64,000 nucleotides of DNA from Puniceicoccaceae bacterium (GCA_040830765.1 JBFOMH010000005.1:160001-224000), one strand, 5' to 3'. Shown: positions 1 through 15,000, counted from the first letter of the stretch. The notes: a model not told the origin generated them from the sequence alone. Numbers and translations: made by a program.

Positions 1-3000
1 GCGACCATGCCACCGAAGGCTCCGAATCCAGCCGACTTTCCGTCGGCATCGGTGAGGGCGCGGGCATCCGAATCGGTCCGGACTACGATATCCCCACCAA
101 CCTCGATCAGGTTGGTCGAGCCAACTAATCCGATTGAGGTACGGATGGTCGGTGAGGCCACGGACTCGGCTATGTTGACAACAACACTACCACCGATGCT
201 GGCGCTGGCCGCTTCCGTTTCGGAATCCGCCCATGCTCCGACTTCGGAGAGAACCGTCAGGTTGCCATCCCCATCCACTGCCCCATCGATGTAGGTCGCA
301 GTATTTCCATCGGATCCATCGCCACCAGCTGTCGCGTAGGAAACATTGGCACCAATGGCTGCCAGCCCACCAAGGGAAAGGCCATCCGCATCAGCAAAAG
401 CTCCGCTCCAGCTGTAGGAGGAGACCGAGATGTCGCCAGTGGACTTGAGGAGCGTGTTCTTGGCCGCGTAAGTGACAATTTCCGGGATCGTATTGGCGAA
501 AGCGAGGGACCCTTGACCAGCCCCGGCAAATCCAACCGAGGGGGACTCCGCCTTGGCCTTTGAGCGGCGGTCCAGTTTCGGACCCGCACCACGACCATGA
601 TTGAAGGCGGATTCAATCTTGATGGAGGAAGCATTGAGAATGACAAAGGGCCCGATAAAGGCCTGGATAGCTGGAAGCAGGTCGGCGGAGGCCCAGCTGA
701 GGCCAATTGTTCCAAGGCCGATGGCCGCCGTCAGGACGTCTGCCTCAACATTGGCATCGACTTCGCCAATGATGGAGGCGAATCCGAGCAGGTTGACCAT
801 GGAGCCTTCACCAATGAAGGCCCGGACCAACGGGTCGGCTTCCACCCAGGCAAAGTTCGCGCTGATAGCGATGCCACCTGCGGCAAGCGCGCCAGTCTCG
901 GCAATCGCATCAATTGTTGCCAGGGCAAGAATCTCAAGGTCGCCAACATCGCCGATCCCTTGACCAATCTGGACGTTATTACCGACATAGGCTTCGGTAC
1001 TTCCGGAAACCTTCAGTTGGGTAAAGGAGGCTCCCAGTGCGCCCAATCCGATCGCACCCTGATCTGTTTCAATCTCAAGGGTCCGATCGGCTTCGGCCTT
1101 AATATTGACCTTATTGGCGTTGAGGATGACGGAGTTATCAGCAATACGGGCCAGCTGTGAACTGTTATCATCGACAACAACGACGGCGGCTCCGAGGGCG
1201 ATCGCGCCCGCTGTTCCGTTGATGGCCCGGATGTAAATGTCTTCGCGGAGGGTTGCCTCGACATTAATCAAGTTACCGGCGTGGACGGTACCCCCGATTT
1301 CGGCACGGGTATTGAAAGAGAAACTGTTGACCGAAACGGATGCCCCGATGCCGACCAAGCCGGCGGCGGCGCCACCAACCAGCATTTCGATTTCGACATC
1401 CTCACGGGCCCGCACTTCAACATCGCCACCGGCAACGACCGTTGAGCCGGATTCGATGACGGCTTCGGTCCCAAGGGGAACGACGGTGCTGTTGAGAATA
1501 CCCGTTACGCCTGCCTGGGTTGGACCTTGGCTGGAGAGGCGGGTTGAGGCGCTGCCGGTAATGGCGTCGACTTGCTTGGTGTTCTCATCGGAATCCTCAT
1601 CGGATCCAAAACTGTTCAACTGTCCGGCAACCTCGCCACTGGCAGCCTCGGACTGGCCACCGGCATCCTCGTCGGCTGTTGCTCCCCCATCGGCCTCAAC
1701 CGCATTGGCGGTATTGCCGTCATTGTCCTCGTAACTGCTGTTCAGCTCCGAGCCCAGTGACCAGACGGATACCGAGGCGGCAATGCCCACGGCCCCAAAT
1801 CCACCACTGATGGTAAATCCTTCAAAGCGCAGGATTCCCAGTGCGTTGACCTCGACATCCCGGGCCGCTTCCACCACGGCACCACTGAGAATCTTGGCCG
1901 TCTTGTCATTGCGGACCGTCCCCACGTTGACACCACCGGCAATCCCCACCAGTCCGGCCGCCGCACCCGCGGCGATGCTCTGGATATTGAAACTGTTTGC
2001 GGCGTTGACAAAGACACTCTGGGTAGCGGATGCACCGGCGTTGCCACCGGTCTGGTTGACATCGGACGAGCCACCCAGCAGGGCAACCGTATCGGAATCG
2101 ATAATCGTCACAGCCACTGCACCGGCCACGCCGACAAAGCCAAAGCCACCGGCTAGGGCCAGATGGAAAATATCTTCACTGGAGGTCGCCTGGATGATCA
2201 GGCCATTGATATCGGCAACCCCGAACTCATCGCTGACAATGCTTCCATCGAGAACACCCGAGATGGCAGTGCCATTACCCAGTGCATCGACATCCGCATC
2301 AACCGTTGCGGTTGTGATCTTGTCGATAGTAATGACTCCAACTGAGCCACCGACACCTACCAATCCAGCGGCCAATGCACCAGCCACAACAAGAACTTCC
2401 GTCTCGTCATTGGCGGCCACAAGTACATCGCCACCGGCCATCAGGTCCGTGCCCACGGCGATGGTGGCGGATGTTTCCGCATCGACAATCAGGACGCTGA
2501 CAGCTCCACCAATACCTACGACTCCGGCGGCGATACCGAAGCCCATCAGCATCAGGTCTTCGTAGGAATTGGCCAGGACCGCAATATCATCAGCGGCATT
2601 AACCGTGACCCCACCAAGAATCCGTGCCTCGGTGACAAACTCAAGGACGCTGACATCGGCAGCGGGGGCAACCCCGACCACACCGGCGGCCAGTGTCCCG
2701 GCTACGGCAAGGTGATAAAAGTCATTTCCGGCAGCAACAAGGACGGACTGGGAAGGCCCGGCTGCGGAGGTATCGGCATTGATTTGCGCGCCTGTCCCGA
2801 TGTAGGCAGTCGTCCGGATGTCGAGTACATTGACAGGAGCCGCGATGGCCACCCCAACGACTCCAGCTCCAAGGCTAATCGCGAATACCTCGATATCATC
2901 CTGGTTGGTGGCAGTAACAGCAACTCCATTGAATCCGGCAATGGTCCCGGGAACAGCAGTCCGGGCTCCGTCGATACCAGCATCATCGCCGCCCTGCTTA

Positions 3001-6000
3001 TCGACATCCATCTCAGCAAAGGTCGGCATATTGACTTCACCCTGCTGACTGAGGGAAGTAGCATCTGCCGTGGCGAGACCTGAATCGGAAGCTTCAATCC
3101 CCTCGCCTTCCGGTGCTCCGGGATCAAAAGTGGGTGCGCCGACATCTGTGCCGATCGTAAAGGCGCCCGTCCGGACCGTCAGCCCGGAGGTGTTACCATC
3201 CCCGGTAACGAGGGAATTGTCCCCGATAAAGGCTTCTGTGACCTTGTCGATAATCGTCACCCCCGCACCGGCTGCCACACCGACTACACCTGCGGCAAGG
3301 GAGCCAACGACCATATCGGCCTCGGTGCGATCGTTTGCTGAAACCAGGACCGTTCCACCGGCATGAACGTCAGCCGGTCCGGCTGTCGGGATGCCACTCG
3401 ACGGATCGTCGCCGATAAAGGCCCGGGTATTGAGATTCATGATATGCACTCCGGCATCAAGAGCCACGCCAACGGTGATTCCTCCGGCAACACCGGCAGC
3501 GACAGAAGTGAGGTCCTCGACGGAGTCAGCGACAACCGCCACATCGCCCTCGGCATCAATAGTCACACCAGAATCGATAAAGGCCGTGGTAAACTTATCA
3601 TGGGTGCCAACTTCGGCCCCAATGCCGATGCCTACTCCGCCTGCCAGGGCAAGAGAGCCAGCAACACCGATCAAGGTGGATTCATCACTGGCCAGGACAG
3701 TCACACCCGGAGATTTGGCCGGATCCGGATCGGATGCATTGATAGTGGTCCCGCGGGCAATCCAGGCAATTGTTTCATCTGTGAGGACATTCACGGTCGC
3801 GGAACCGGCACCGGCCACTGTCCCGGCAGCGGCACCGGCCGCAGCGATGGCAATAAGCTCTTCCGATGAGGTTGCGAGGACATTGACTCCCGGGTTTCCG
3901 GAAATGGTGATGTCCGCGTCCTGGCCAATCCATGCCTCGACCGTGTCGGTCCGGATGACGGTGGTGTTGGATGCTCCCACACCGACGCCGCCACCAATGC
4001 CAACACTACCGGCAATGAGAAGGAAAGAAGTTGTGTCATCAGCAGTGACGTTGAGATCGCCGCCGGCGGAAACAGTGACGCCACCGTCTTCAAGGTAGGC
4101 ACGCGTTTCGGTGTCCACGTTGTAGATGGCAGCTGAAAAGGCGATGCCCACCGAACCGGCGATTCCCGCATTGGCGGTAATGGAAAGGACCATTTCATCG
4201 GACTGGGCGTCAACGGTAACGTCGTTCTGCGCATTGACGGTTGTTCCAGCTTCGACATAGGCGCGTGTATCCTTGTTGATAATGGCAATATCCACCCCGG
4301 CCCCGAGGCCGACGCTGTTGCCGATCTGCAGACCACCAGCAAGGGCAGTGACATCCGTACCGTCCGCGGCCCGGACGAGTACGCTTTGGGATGAGCCAAC
4401 ACCGGCTTCCTGTTCGTTGATCAAGGCGCCCGCCATGAGGTAGGCACGTGTCACCTGTTCAATGGTGTTGATGGTGACCGATCCGCCGATGGCGACTTCC
4501 GCGCCGGCGCCAAAGCCGACGGCAATAGTCAGGAACTCCTCGAAGGAAATGGCGAGGACGGCCAATCCCTTGAACGGAACCAGAACCGGATTACCATCGG
4601 AATCAAATTCGCCATTGGAAACAAGAACCGGAGCCACAGCATCCTGGGCCAAGGCATCGACGGATGCCCCACCCTCGATAAAGGCTTCCGTCAAGTCGGT
4701 ATGGAAGACGACGGAAACCGAGGCGCCGACGGTTGCGGCACCTCCGCCACTGATACTGATGGCGCCGTCCCCAGTCGCGATAAAGTCATTACTTTCGGCA
4801 TGAATAACCACCGAACCATTGGCCACCACAGAGGCACCGGAGGCGACATAGGCCCGCGTGACCGGTTCCAGGAGAAGAACCGAGACCGATCCGGCAAAGG
4901 CAAAGTTATCACCGTAGGTTCCGGACAGGGCCAGCGAGAGTATTTCATAGCTCGTAATCGCATCGACAATGACATCGTTGGTCGCGCTAATTACCGCATC
5001 CCCGTCAATAAAGGCTTCAACCTCCGTATTGATCTCTTCGACATCGATGGCGGCCCCGAAGCCTGCCCCACCGCTGGTGGCGATTGCAGCAGCACCAGCA
5101 GCATCAAGGATGGACAAGTCGTGTTCCGCGCGAACCCGTAGGGTGTGGACATTGAGCTCGCCGGATGCATAGGCATTGACGGAGCTGTTCATGGTGATGA
5201 CCACACCGGATGCCGCGATGGCGAGGTCTTCTCCACCGGAACCACCGGCGGCGAACATGAGCAGGGATTCGCTGACGAAAGCATCAACCGTCAAGCCAAC
5301 CCCACCGTATCCGGAGCCATTGAGATCCGCGATGCCTGTTCCGCTACCGCCCACATTGACTGTGGCACCATCCTCGATGTAGGCCTGGACAGAGCGCTCA
5401 ATGTTGGCATTGGCGAGGGAAATTCCAAAGCCGACCGACTCACCCACCGAGACCTGGCCGACAATGACAATCATGTCCGTGATGTCGTGGGCCCCGACAT
5501 AAAGGCTGCCAGCAACATCGATAACGCCGTCACCCACGCCACCAATCCATGAACGGACCTGATGATCGAGATTCATCGAGGAGGCCGAGCCGGCCGCCGC
5601 CATGTTATCGGTAGCGATGCCAAGGGAAGCCGCTACGGAGACGATCTGGAGGTCGTTTGTTCCGAGAACAACGGCATCCCCGGCAAGATCCAGGTTGGCA
5701 GCACCATCGATCCATGCCCGGACGTCGGTATTAATAAAGGACAGGGCCACATTAAGGCCGACCGCGTAATCATCGGCAAAGGCCAGGGCACCGGAAATTG
5801 GCAGGACCAGGCTTTCATTGAGGGCATCAACGGTCAGATTGTCGGATTCGACCAGAACTTCACTGGATACAGCGGCCCAGGTTTCCACATCCATGCCCGA
5901 GAGCTGGACACCTCCGGCAATTCCAATTCCGGAGTCATCGTCCTGATCAGCGGAGGCACCAGCGGCTGAAGCAGCGATGCCAAGGAACGTGTTGTCCGTA

Positions 6001-9000
6001 TGGGACAGGATAATGAGGTCGGGAACGAAAATCTCCGCCGCACTGACATGTGCGAAGGTGGTTTGCTGAATCTGGTTGTGTCCGTAGGAACCGCCAATGG
6101 CGAGGGCACTTTCCTCATCAGAGGAAGCAAACGCAAAGGCACCAGCCCCGACGACCAGGGTCGGATCGGCAAAGGCCTCGACCTCCACCACTCCGGCTGC
6201 AGTCACGCGGACCCAGTCACTGATCTCGGCAGTCGTTTCCTGCTTGATCAGGTTAAAGGAGATCGAACCGGCGAATCCCCATGAGGAGCTGGCTTCGACG
6301 CCTTCATCGTTATCCTGGCTGCCGCCGCTCTGGATGGTATCCGTGTCACTGGACTTGCCAAAGATAGCAAGGACACCCCCGGAAAGCGGGCTGCCGTTGT
6401 CGGTCTTCTTCTCCTCACCGTTGTTGTCGCTACCCGTGGCTGCGCCGGCGGATGCGCCGAAAGACCAGGCAACAGGCGTTGAGTCGGCGAGGATATCGAT
6501 ATTGTTGCCGGCCGTTACCGTCCCTTGGACACCCCCGTAGCCACCAAAGTTGAGCGTCTCCAGCCGGTCGCCGATAAAGGCCCATGTCTCATCATCGATT
6601 TCCGTGATGGTGACCCCGATACCAACGCCTGTCTCTCCGCTGATGGCAAAGGATGGTGCAAGTGAGATAACAGTCGGATCACTGGTGGCATGGATGTTGA
6701 CGTCGCGTCCTGCCTCAACAAGTGCCCGGTCTTCAATCTGCGCGATGGTTGTCTGGCGCAGGCGGTTCCAGATGATGGCCCCATCGATTGAAGTCTTTTC
6801 GGAATAGGAACCGGAAATGGCCATCGTGACCAGTTCCGCAGCGGCTACGGCATCGATGTTGATGTCCTGACCGGCTTTGACTTCGGCCATATCATCGATG
6901 TAGGCGGTGGCAAAATTCTGGACCAGAATGATGTCCAGGTAGCCGCCGTACGACTTGGCAGCGGTCTCACCAAGAACAAAGTTCAGCACGGAAAGGTTGC
7001 CTGCGTAATGGACACTTTCGACCGTTCCGAAGGCGGTGACATTGACATCCTGGATCGCAATGTCACCCGGTGCCCACAGTTCTTCCGCCCGAGTATTGAC
7101 CTGCGCATTCTGGGCAATACCTGCGGAACCGGCATTGTATTCGAACATGATAGTGACACCGCCACCCGCAGCGGTCCCATCCCCTTCCGCCGAACCGGAG
7201 GTATGGATAAAACTCGTACCGACCTCGTTTTCATCGAGGGTATCCTCGGCGATCGGCCGTGCCTGGTCATCGAGCAACTGCTGGACTGAGGCCGTTTCCC
7301 CCACTCCGTCAAAATTGGTAAAGGAGGAGCCATATTGGTAGGTTGAGTCGATGGTACCGAGGTCCCGTTCCAGTTCCGCTCCTTCGCCGAAACCAAGGAT
7401 GGCCAGCGCCAGCTGCAGGGGCTCGACAGGACTGAGCAGCTCGGAATTACCAACGATATCGAGCTCCTGGCGCACATCGACGACGGAGTTCCAATTGATA
7501 AAGGCATTGGCCTTGTTGGCCACCTTGGAATAGGTCAAGGCACCACCCAGGTTCAGGCCTTCAGTCTCACCGCTGGCACCTGCGCTCGCCGAAGCACTTA
7601 TCTGGAAGGTGTCGGTGGCCTGTCCGTCAACATCCATGCGCCCACCGACGGTAATGAAGGCGTCATCACCGACGATTCCGTTACCCGTATTGTCGCTGGT
7701 GACGAATGCGAGGGACAAGGCATAGGCATCCTGCGGTTCTTCTTCCTGGGTCTTCTTGTCGCTGTCATCCTCTTCGCCGAGAAGGTTATAAACGATAATG
7801 ACCGGTTTGACTGTTTCGTAATCGAGCAGGTCAATAAAATCGAGAATCTTGGCCACCCATGAGAGGAGTCCATCGTCCTGCTCGTTGGGATCGTTATCGG
7901 TGTTCGAGGTTCCGGCATTGGAGGCAGAGAAGGTCCTGGTGACATTGAGGTCGTTGATGGCGCGACCGGCGACACTCAGGTCTCCATCTGTGAGGATGTT
8001 CCCACTGGCGGTCGCATTGGCGAAGGACTGGTTGAAGCCGAGTGCGATGGAGAATCCGTAGGCATCATCCTCCCCTTCCTCGGTTCCGAAACCGACGGTA
8101 ATGGCGTTGTTTTGGTAGCTACTGTGATTCTCAGCGAGAACGCTGGCAGTCGGGGCCTCGATAATGGCACCACTTTCGACAACCGCGTTCGAATAGACTT
8201 CGGAGATGGCCAGTGAGAAAGCCACGTTAAGGCTGACGTTCTTTGACGGGAGCAGTGTCAGGACATTGAGGTCGTTGTTGGCGAGGGCGTTGATATCGAC
8301 AGAAGTTCCTGAATAGATCTCGGCCCCCCGGGAAATAGTGGTTGCTGCATTGGGCTGGGTATTGCCATAGGTCACGCCAAAACTGGTGGTCTGGGTCGTC
8401 AGGCTGACATTGGTAGTTGCCTGAGAGGTTATGTCGATGTCACCGGTAGCCAATAGAAGTGCTTCGCCAACATGGACAATCGCATCGGCTCCGGCTGTCA
8501 GTGTGATGGCCGAATCGGTGGTCAATGTCACGGGGACATCAATCCCGGCAGAAGCGACCAGCTGAGGATCCACAGCTAGCGACTCTCCGAGCAGGTATCC
8601 ATCCGTCCCTGCTGCGCTGGTCCAGTTGTAGACCCGGCTGACGTGGGTGTTATTGCCGGCAATCAGCTCCAGGCCAGTTTCACCATCAAGGTCGGCAAGG
8701 ACAATCGCCCGCGTGAATTCCGCTTCCTCACCTATGTCAACGAATGGCTGCAGTACCCCGGCTTCGTTGAGGTAAAGCCGGTTAGGCTGCCCGTTATTGC
8801 CGGAGACAAGGTCGACATCGCCATCACCATCAACATCGTCGAGCAGAACGGCCTGGTTGGAGAAGAGTTCACTGTCGAGGATGGTGGAGGCGCTGAATCC
8901 TGCACCTGTGTACTGGTAAAGGCGCAGTTGCTCGCCATCCGTCCCGGCAACGAGTTCCAGTTCCGGATCCGCATCGATATTCCCCAAGGCGAGAGAGAGC

Positions 9001-12000
9001 GTGGCCAGGGATTCACCAGAATTGACATCGACTGCGGTATCGAATCCACCAAGTGCGAGTCCGGCGAAGAAAAGGTCGGGTGCGCCCGAAACGCCGGCGA
9101 GAAGGTCGTCTGTACCATCCTGATCGACATCCCCCATGACAAGGGTCGTGAACAGACCCGTCTGCAGTTGTGCCGGTGTGTCAAAGCGGTCGGCATCCGG
9201 AGCCGGTGCGGCGACATACTGGTAGGTCCAGATTCCGCTGAAGGCCGTGGAGATGATTAACTCCAGTTCGGGATCGGCATCAATATTGGCGGCGATGATA
9301 TCGGTTGTGTCGTATTCATCGACAAGAACGACGTTCTCGGCAGTGCCAAGGCCGGTCCCGTCATTGAGGTAGAATCGATCCGGTCCGTCATTAACCCCGA
9401 CTACCAGATCCGGTCCGTTTAATCCGTCAAAGTCTGCAACAAAGAGCGAGGTCCCGTCAAACTCAGTGCTATCAATGACCGTTGGGGCACCGAAAGTTCC
9501 CCCGGTGTTGGTAAAGAGCAGAAGTCCCTGACCGGAGGTAACTACGACAAGGTCTTCATCGAGGTCATTGTCAAAGTCGCCGAGGGCAATGTCGCGGACA
9601 GCATAGGAAGCTTCCAAGTCGACGTCAGCTGTCTTTTCGGTCAGGGCGTCGGCAAAGATGTTGATACTGCCAGCTACAATCCGGGCATCCATGCCAATGG
9701 AAATTTTGCTGAGGGTATCGGTATTCTGGAGCTGGGAGATGCCAAGCAGGCTCCACACTTCGCTGAAGAGATCCTCACCATGCAAGGTGATACTGCCTTC
9801 CGCAAATCCGCCATCCGCCTGGGCCAGCAAATTGACACCGTTGCCAACACTAATGACCGGTGCCTGGAGGATAAGGTTTCCGGAATCTGCCGTTGAAGCG
9901 TCTTCAACATGATTCTGTCCGGCGGCAACCTGGCGGGTGGAAATGGTCGTCGGGGCTTCCCGGGAAACCCGTACCCCGTTCTCGACTATGAACTCCTCAC
10001 CGGTGACGATGATGCCCTCTCCCGCGATAATGGTAATGTCGGTCAGGCCACCTCCGCCAATGAACCCGTTCAGAGTGACTGTTCCTTCAACTTCAAGGAC
10101 AAGGGAATCCGGAAGCAGATCCCCATTGCCAACAATGTTGGTGAAGACGCGGTCGCCGGTGAAATTCAGGATCTCGTCCCCATCAATGACCAAGTCTCCT
10201 GTCACCGGGGCTATAGCCACCGGGACCGGAACCACCCAGGCCGGAAAGGCATTGAAGGTCAGTGGGCCGGATGGATAGAGCGTGTTCGGGTCAATAGTGG
10301 TTTCATCATCCAGTTCAGGGTAAATTTCGGTCCCATTCTCCCATTCATCGAAAACTGTCCTAAAAACAGGGTCCCTCAAGAGCTCGCTTTCCCAGAGTGG
10401 GAAGGCACCGGAACCTGTTTCATACTCAATACTGCGCCAGTCCTCGTGCAGGGTGAACGAGCCCATACCGTCATAGACCAGCGTATAGCGGTCTGCGTAG
10501 CCGAAGGTGTCCTTGGTCTGGGGTAAACCGTTGCGCAAGGTGAGAACCGTCCATGCGGAGCCCTCGGTGATGGTGGAAACCACAAATCCGTTCTCGATAA
10601 CATGACCGAGATCATTCCGGTAAGCATCTTCCAGCAGAAGCCGGTTCAACCGGATCAAGGCCTCATCGGTGGTCGGGCTTGCTGCCAGGGCTAACTGGGT
10701 AGCAGGCCTGAGGTAAATCGGATTGCCCGGATCGTCAAAGAGGACGGGATCAAATATCGAGGCACCGGACTTGAGGATCTCGTTCAAGCCGAACGCGATC
10801 ATTTCCTGGGTTTCCGCAGTCGCTGCCGGATTCAGGAGAAAGGCCTGGTCCAACAAATCCGGATAGGTTGTCTGGAACTCGGTCCAGATGAAGTGCGAAA
10901 GCGGATCGGTAATGATGCCTGAAACGACCTGTGCTGCTCCTTCGATCAAGACAAGTTGGAATGGAAGAATCTTAACGGCATCCACCGGCGCCACATTGAG
11001 GATGTCCACCTCGTTGAAGAGGTAGGAACTGATACCCTGTCCGAGTGGCCCCAATCCGGTCTGGGTCGCCAAGGCATCCCTGATGAAGTCAGGCAGGACG
11101 GATGCATCAAGATTCCCGAGGGCAGTCGCTTCAGGCACACTACCGGGTAAAGTAATATCAATCAGGAATGGGGAAACCGGATCCAGACCCGTGTTGTCTC
11201 CTGCAGTCGCAACATATCCGGAATCCTTGTTGGTAATAACCTGGGCATTCTCATCATCGGGAACGCCTGCCTCCAATGGGACAATGCGGGCCATGCCGGC
11301 TATGACAAAATCACCTTCTTCAGGAAGAAGCTCGTTGGTCAGTTTAATTTGGATCTGCCCACCAACTGGTGATACCTCTGCGAGTGTTTCCCAAGCCTGC
11401 CCCTTGCGGTCGATTCCACTCTCCGGGAAGATAATCACACTGTCGGGAGCCATCTTCTGGTCGACGAGAATAGGCAGACCCCCATTGACGGTATACCGCG
11501 CAGCGGCGGCCGGCAATATCTCCCCTTCCTCGGTTATTCCGCCATTGAACAACCAATCGGTCTGCACCCGATAGGTCTTGGTGTCGTCAAGGCCCGTGAA
11601 GGTCCAGGTGACGAAGTGGCTTCCATCCCCTCCAGTCTTGAATCGATAGAGGTCGGATCGAACGGACTGACTGTCTTCACGCCACGGATGGTCCGTGTCG
11701 ATTGAGATGAGCCAGGCATCCCCATCCATTGGGAGGTCGTAGAAGTCGAACAGATTGACCGGGGCACCGAACCTGTCCAGGACACCCACGGTATCATAGA
11801 CCACAAATTCCGGATCCAGGGTTGGCCCGGCAATGTTGTAGACGCGGTACTGAAGGCCAGAGACACCAACAACACCATCGATGAGCCAACTGTTGTCGGT
11901 CAGGCGGCGGGTCTGCACCGAGTCGAAGTCTACCCCGAGGACGTTCAAGAACTCCGTGTCAAGAACTGCCGGAAGGATGGTTGTATTGAGGTCATCCAAG

Positions 12001-15000
12001 TCAGCAACCAAACCCGCGACACTGAACACCGATGCAATGTTGCCGTTGCTTGGGGACGGCATGATGGCCGTGAAGATGTTGCCTCCATGGTTGCCGACGA
12101 TGTTCAGCTTTTCGAAGTCGTAGTCGGTACCCGTCAGGTCACTCAGCAATTTGCTGACCGTCTTGGGTTGCGGGCCAAGCGGATCTTCAACCAGGGTCTC
12201 CTGAAGAAGCAGCATCTTGCCCATCACCACACTGTTGCGGTAAACAGCGAAGACTTCCTTGTCGAACTCGGCATTCGGCTTGGGGTCGCCACGGGCATCG
12301 TCATGGAAAGTCAGGACCAGCTGGTCGCCATCCCCAATGTCATAGGTCCGGGTATTGCCAACCAAATCCAGCGGCTGCAGATGATCCTTGCCCTCGAATC
12401 CAAGGTAGGCATCCATCCGCTCGTGGTCCACGTCCTTGAAGACGCTAATGACATTTCCGCCGATGGTGATGCTCTTGAGGTCAAGCAGGCCCGTGTCATC
12501 AATGACTTCAAAGACTTCAATATCGACCCCGTAGCGCTCAAGGATAGCCTCACGGATGGTCTCGTAGAGATACTCCTCGATCTTCTCCTTGATGTAATCG
12601 AGGAGCGGGGAAAGCGGATTGATATCGCCCAATAGCTGGTTCAGCGGATCGATGACCTTGTCCTCAAGGATATCGAGAAAATCGAAGACCGCGACCCGGA
12701 GATCCCCCACAGCCTTGGGATATCCAATCATCGGGATGAGGTACTTGTTGAGGAAACTGTCCTCGGTGTTTCCGTCATTGTTGGGATCATCCAGTTCATT
12801 GAACAGGTAATCAATCAGGCCGAAACTGCCTTCCTCCTCTGCCCGCGGGTCGGGGAAATCGGGATCCACCACATCCGGTCCGTCAGCTGCCCCTTCCCGG
12901 TTTTGCAGGATGCGGCGCTGTTCGTAATCAAATAGGGTATTGGAAATGGCCAGGCCAAGTTTGCTCCAGTTCTGGAATCCTTCATCCAAATTGTTAATCC
13001 AGTACTGCAGGTAGTCCTGGGCAAGGCCGCCACCGGCCGTTCCCATAGCTGTAACAAGATCGAGGATGATGGTCTCCAAATCGGGATCGTCAAAGATCTC
13101 ACCGCTGAAGATGATATCGAAGACTTCCTGGAACGGAGTGACAATGGAGTCGATGAGGGCAGTGAAATCGGAGATGAGCTGGTCGGTGTCGGGTATTTGA
13201 CCGGCCAGAAGCTGATCGCCGGCAGCAAGGATGCTGTTCACCTCTGTCCGGAAAGGATCGATGTCACCCGTGGAGTCCGGCAACTCGGATGCAATCTGGT
13301 CGAGAATCTTCCGCAGGCGGAGGAATTGATCGAGGATGATTCCGCGTGACTTGACGGTCTCCAGGACTTCCACCCGGTCATCCGCATATTTCCTGATGGT
13401 GAAATCACGGAAACCGTTCTTCATCGTCCAGACCGAACCTGGCACTGCCACCTCGATGCGGATTGCATCCGCCGGCAACAGGACAATCTTGCTCAGGACC
13501 GTGACCCCGCCGTTGTAGGTATCGAATTGATCGCCGAGATCACTGGGGAAGTCTCCGGCATCCAGGTCCGTGACAAGGCTCGGATCCACCATGTCGAATC
13601 CAAAAACAAATTCCTCACGGTGACCGGGCAGGTCAGGTAGGTCATTGATAAAGACGTCGTAGGTGAAGTAGACCGGGACATCCAGGGACTGCGAAAGGGT
13701 TCCCAGATCGGTTACGTCTCCGGTGGAAATTTGCTCGCGGTCTGTGCCGGTATCAAATCCGGGAGTAAAGACTCCCATGTATCCGTCCAGCAGGATGTGG
13801 CGGATGACATTCCCCGCTGCAAGGTCGCTGGTGACAGCCTTGGCAATGAAGGGGAACGGTCCGTCGGAGAACTCATTGACCAATGTATGCGACCAGACGT
13901 CCGCTATCGCGTGCAGGGGAAATCCAAAACCGAAGGAGAGGATTTGTAACTTTTCCTGCTCAGTGTACAGGTCATCAAATTGTGCCTCCCACGCCTTGTC
14001 CATGATGTGGGCAATCCAGACGCCGGTGGTCTCCGGGTGCACCTGAGTCTGTCCGAAGACAACATCCGGGAATCCGTCCGGACCGACCGCTCCGCCGTAG
14101 AAATGAGCAGGGTATTTGATCAACGCTTCCACTATTCGTGGATGGACGGGATACTCAACCCCCTCAATGGTGACCAAACCATCATCAATTGCATCGTCAC
14201 GCACATCCCGGGCAACCTCGATATGGGTGTACGGTTTAAAGGCCAACTCAGCGAGAGGGTCATCATCATTGTGGTCCAAACTATGGCCATGTTCAAAGCC
14301 CATCAGGTGACCCGCTTCATGGGCCACGTACTTGGCCAGCTCCTGTCCGTAGCTGACTGCATTGAAAAGCACGTCATCAGCAGCGCTGACAGCCGAGTCA
14401 AAAAGAATACCTCCGAGCGTGTCTGCACTTCTCCACAAGGCCTCCAACATGTCATCAAAGACAAAGGCTATGTCGCTGGTATCCGCATTCCCCTCATCAA
14501 TCTTTTCCGCGAGCCCGACGAATGCCTCGTGGTCCTTGAAGGCATCGGTTGAGCCCACGAAGATGGTTGAATAATCAACCGTTCCTACCGGCTTATCGGT
14601 CGTAAACTCAATCCCTGATCCGGCAAAGGCTAGTGCCAAAGAATCCAGCAGGGCGTCGGTCATGACGTCTAAATCTCCGGCAATAGCCTTTGGCAGATCC
14701 AGGGGATCAACCGCTATGTTCTCAATGGAAATGGGCCCTTCATAGTGGATCCCGAATGCGCCATCCAAGTCGATATAGAAGATCTGGCTTGGCGTTCCAT
14801 GGTGATGAAAGTCCTCAGCAGGGGGACCATTTGCGGCATGCAAGGTCGTCACGAGTTCACGTGAAAGGGGGTCGGCCAGATCGAGCAGACGGGTGTAGCC
14901 AAGCTGTCCGGAATGGAGATCCAAGGTCGCCGTTTCATCGGTTACCGGGTAGACGTTGAGTGCCCGGAATTCATCTTCCACCGACGCTGAGACATTGGCA

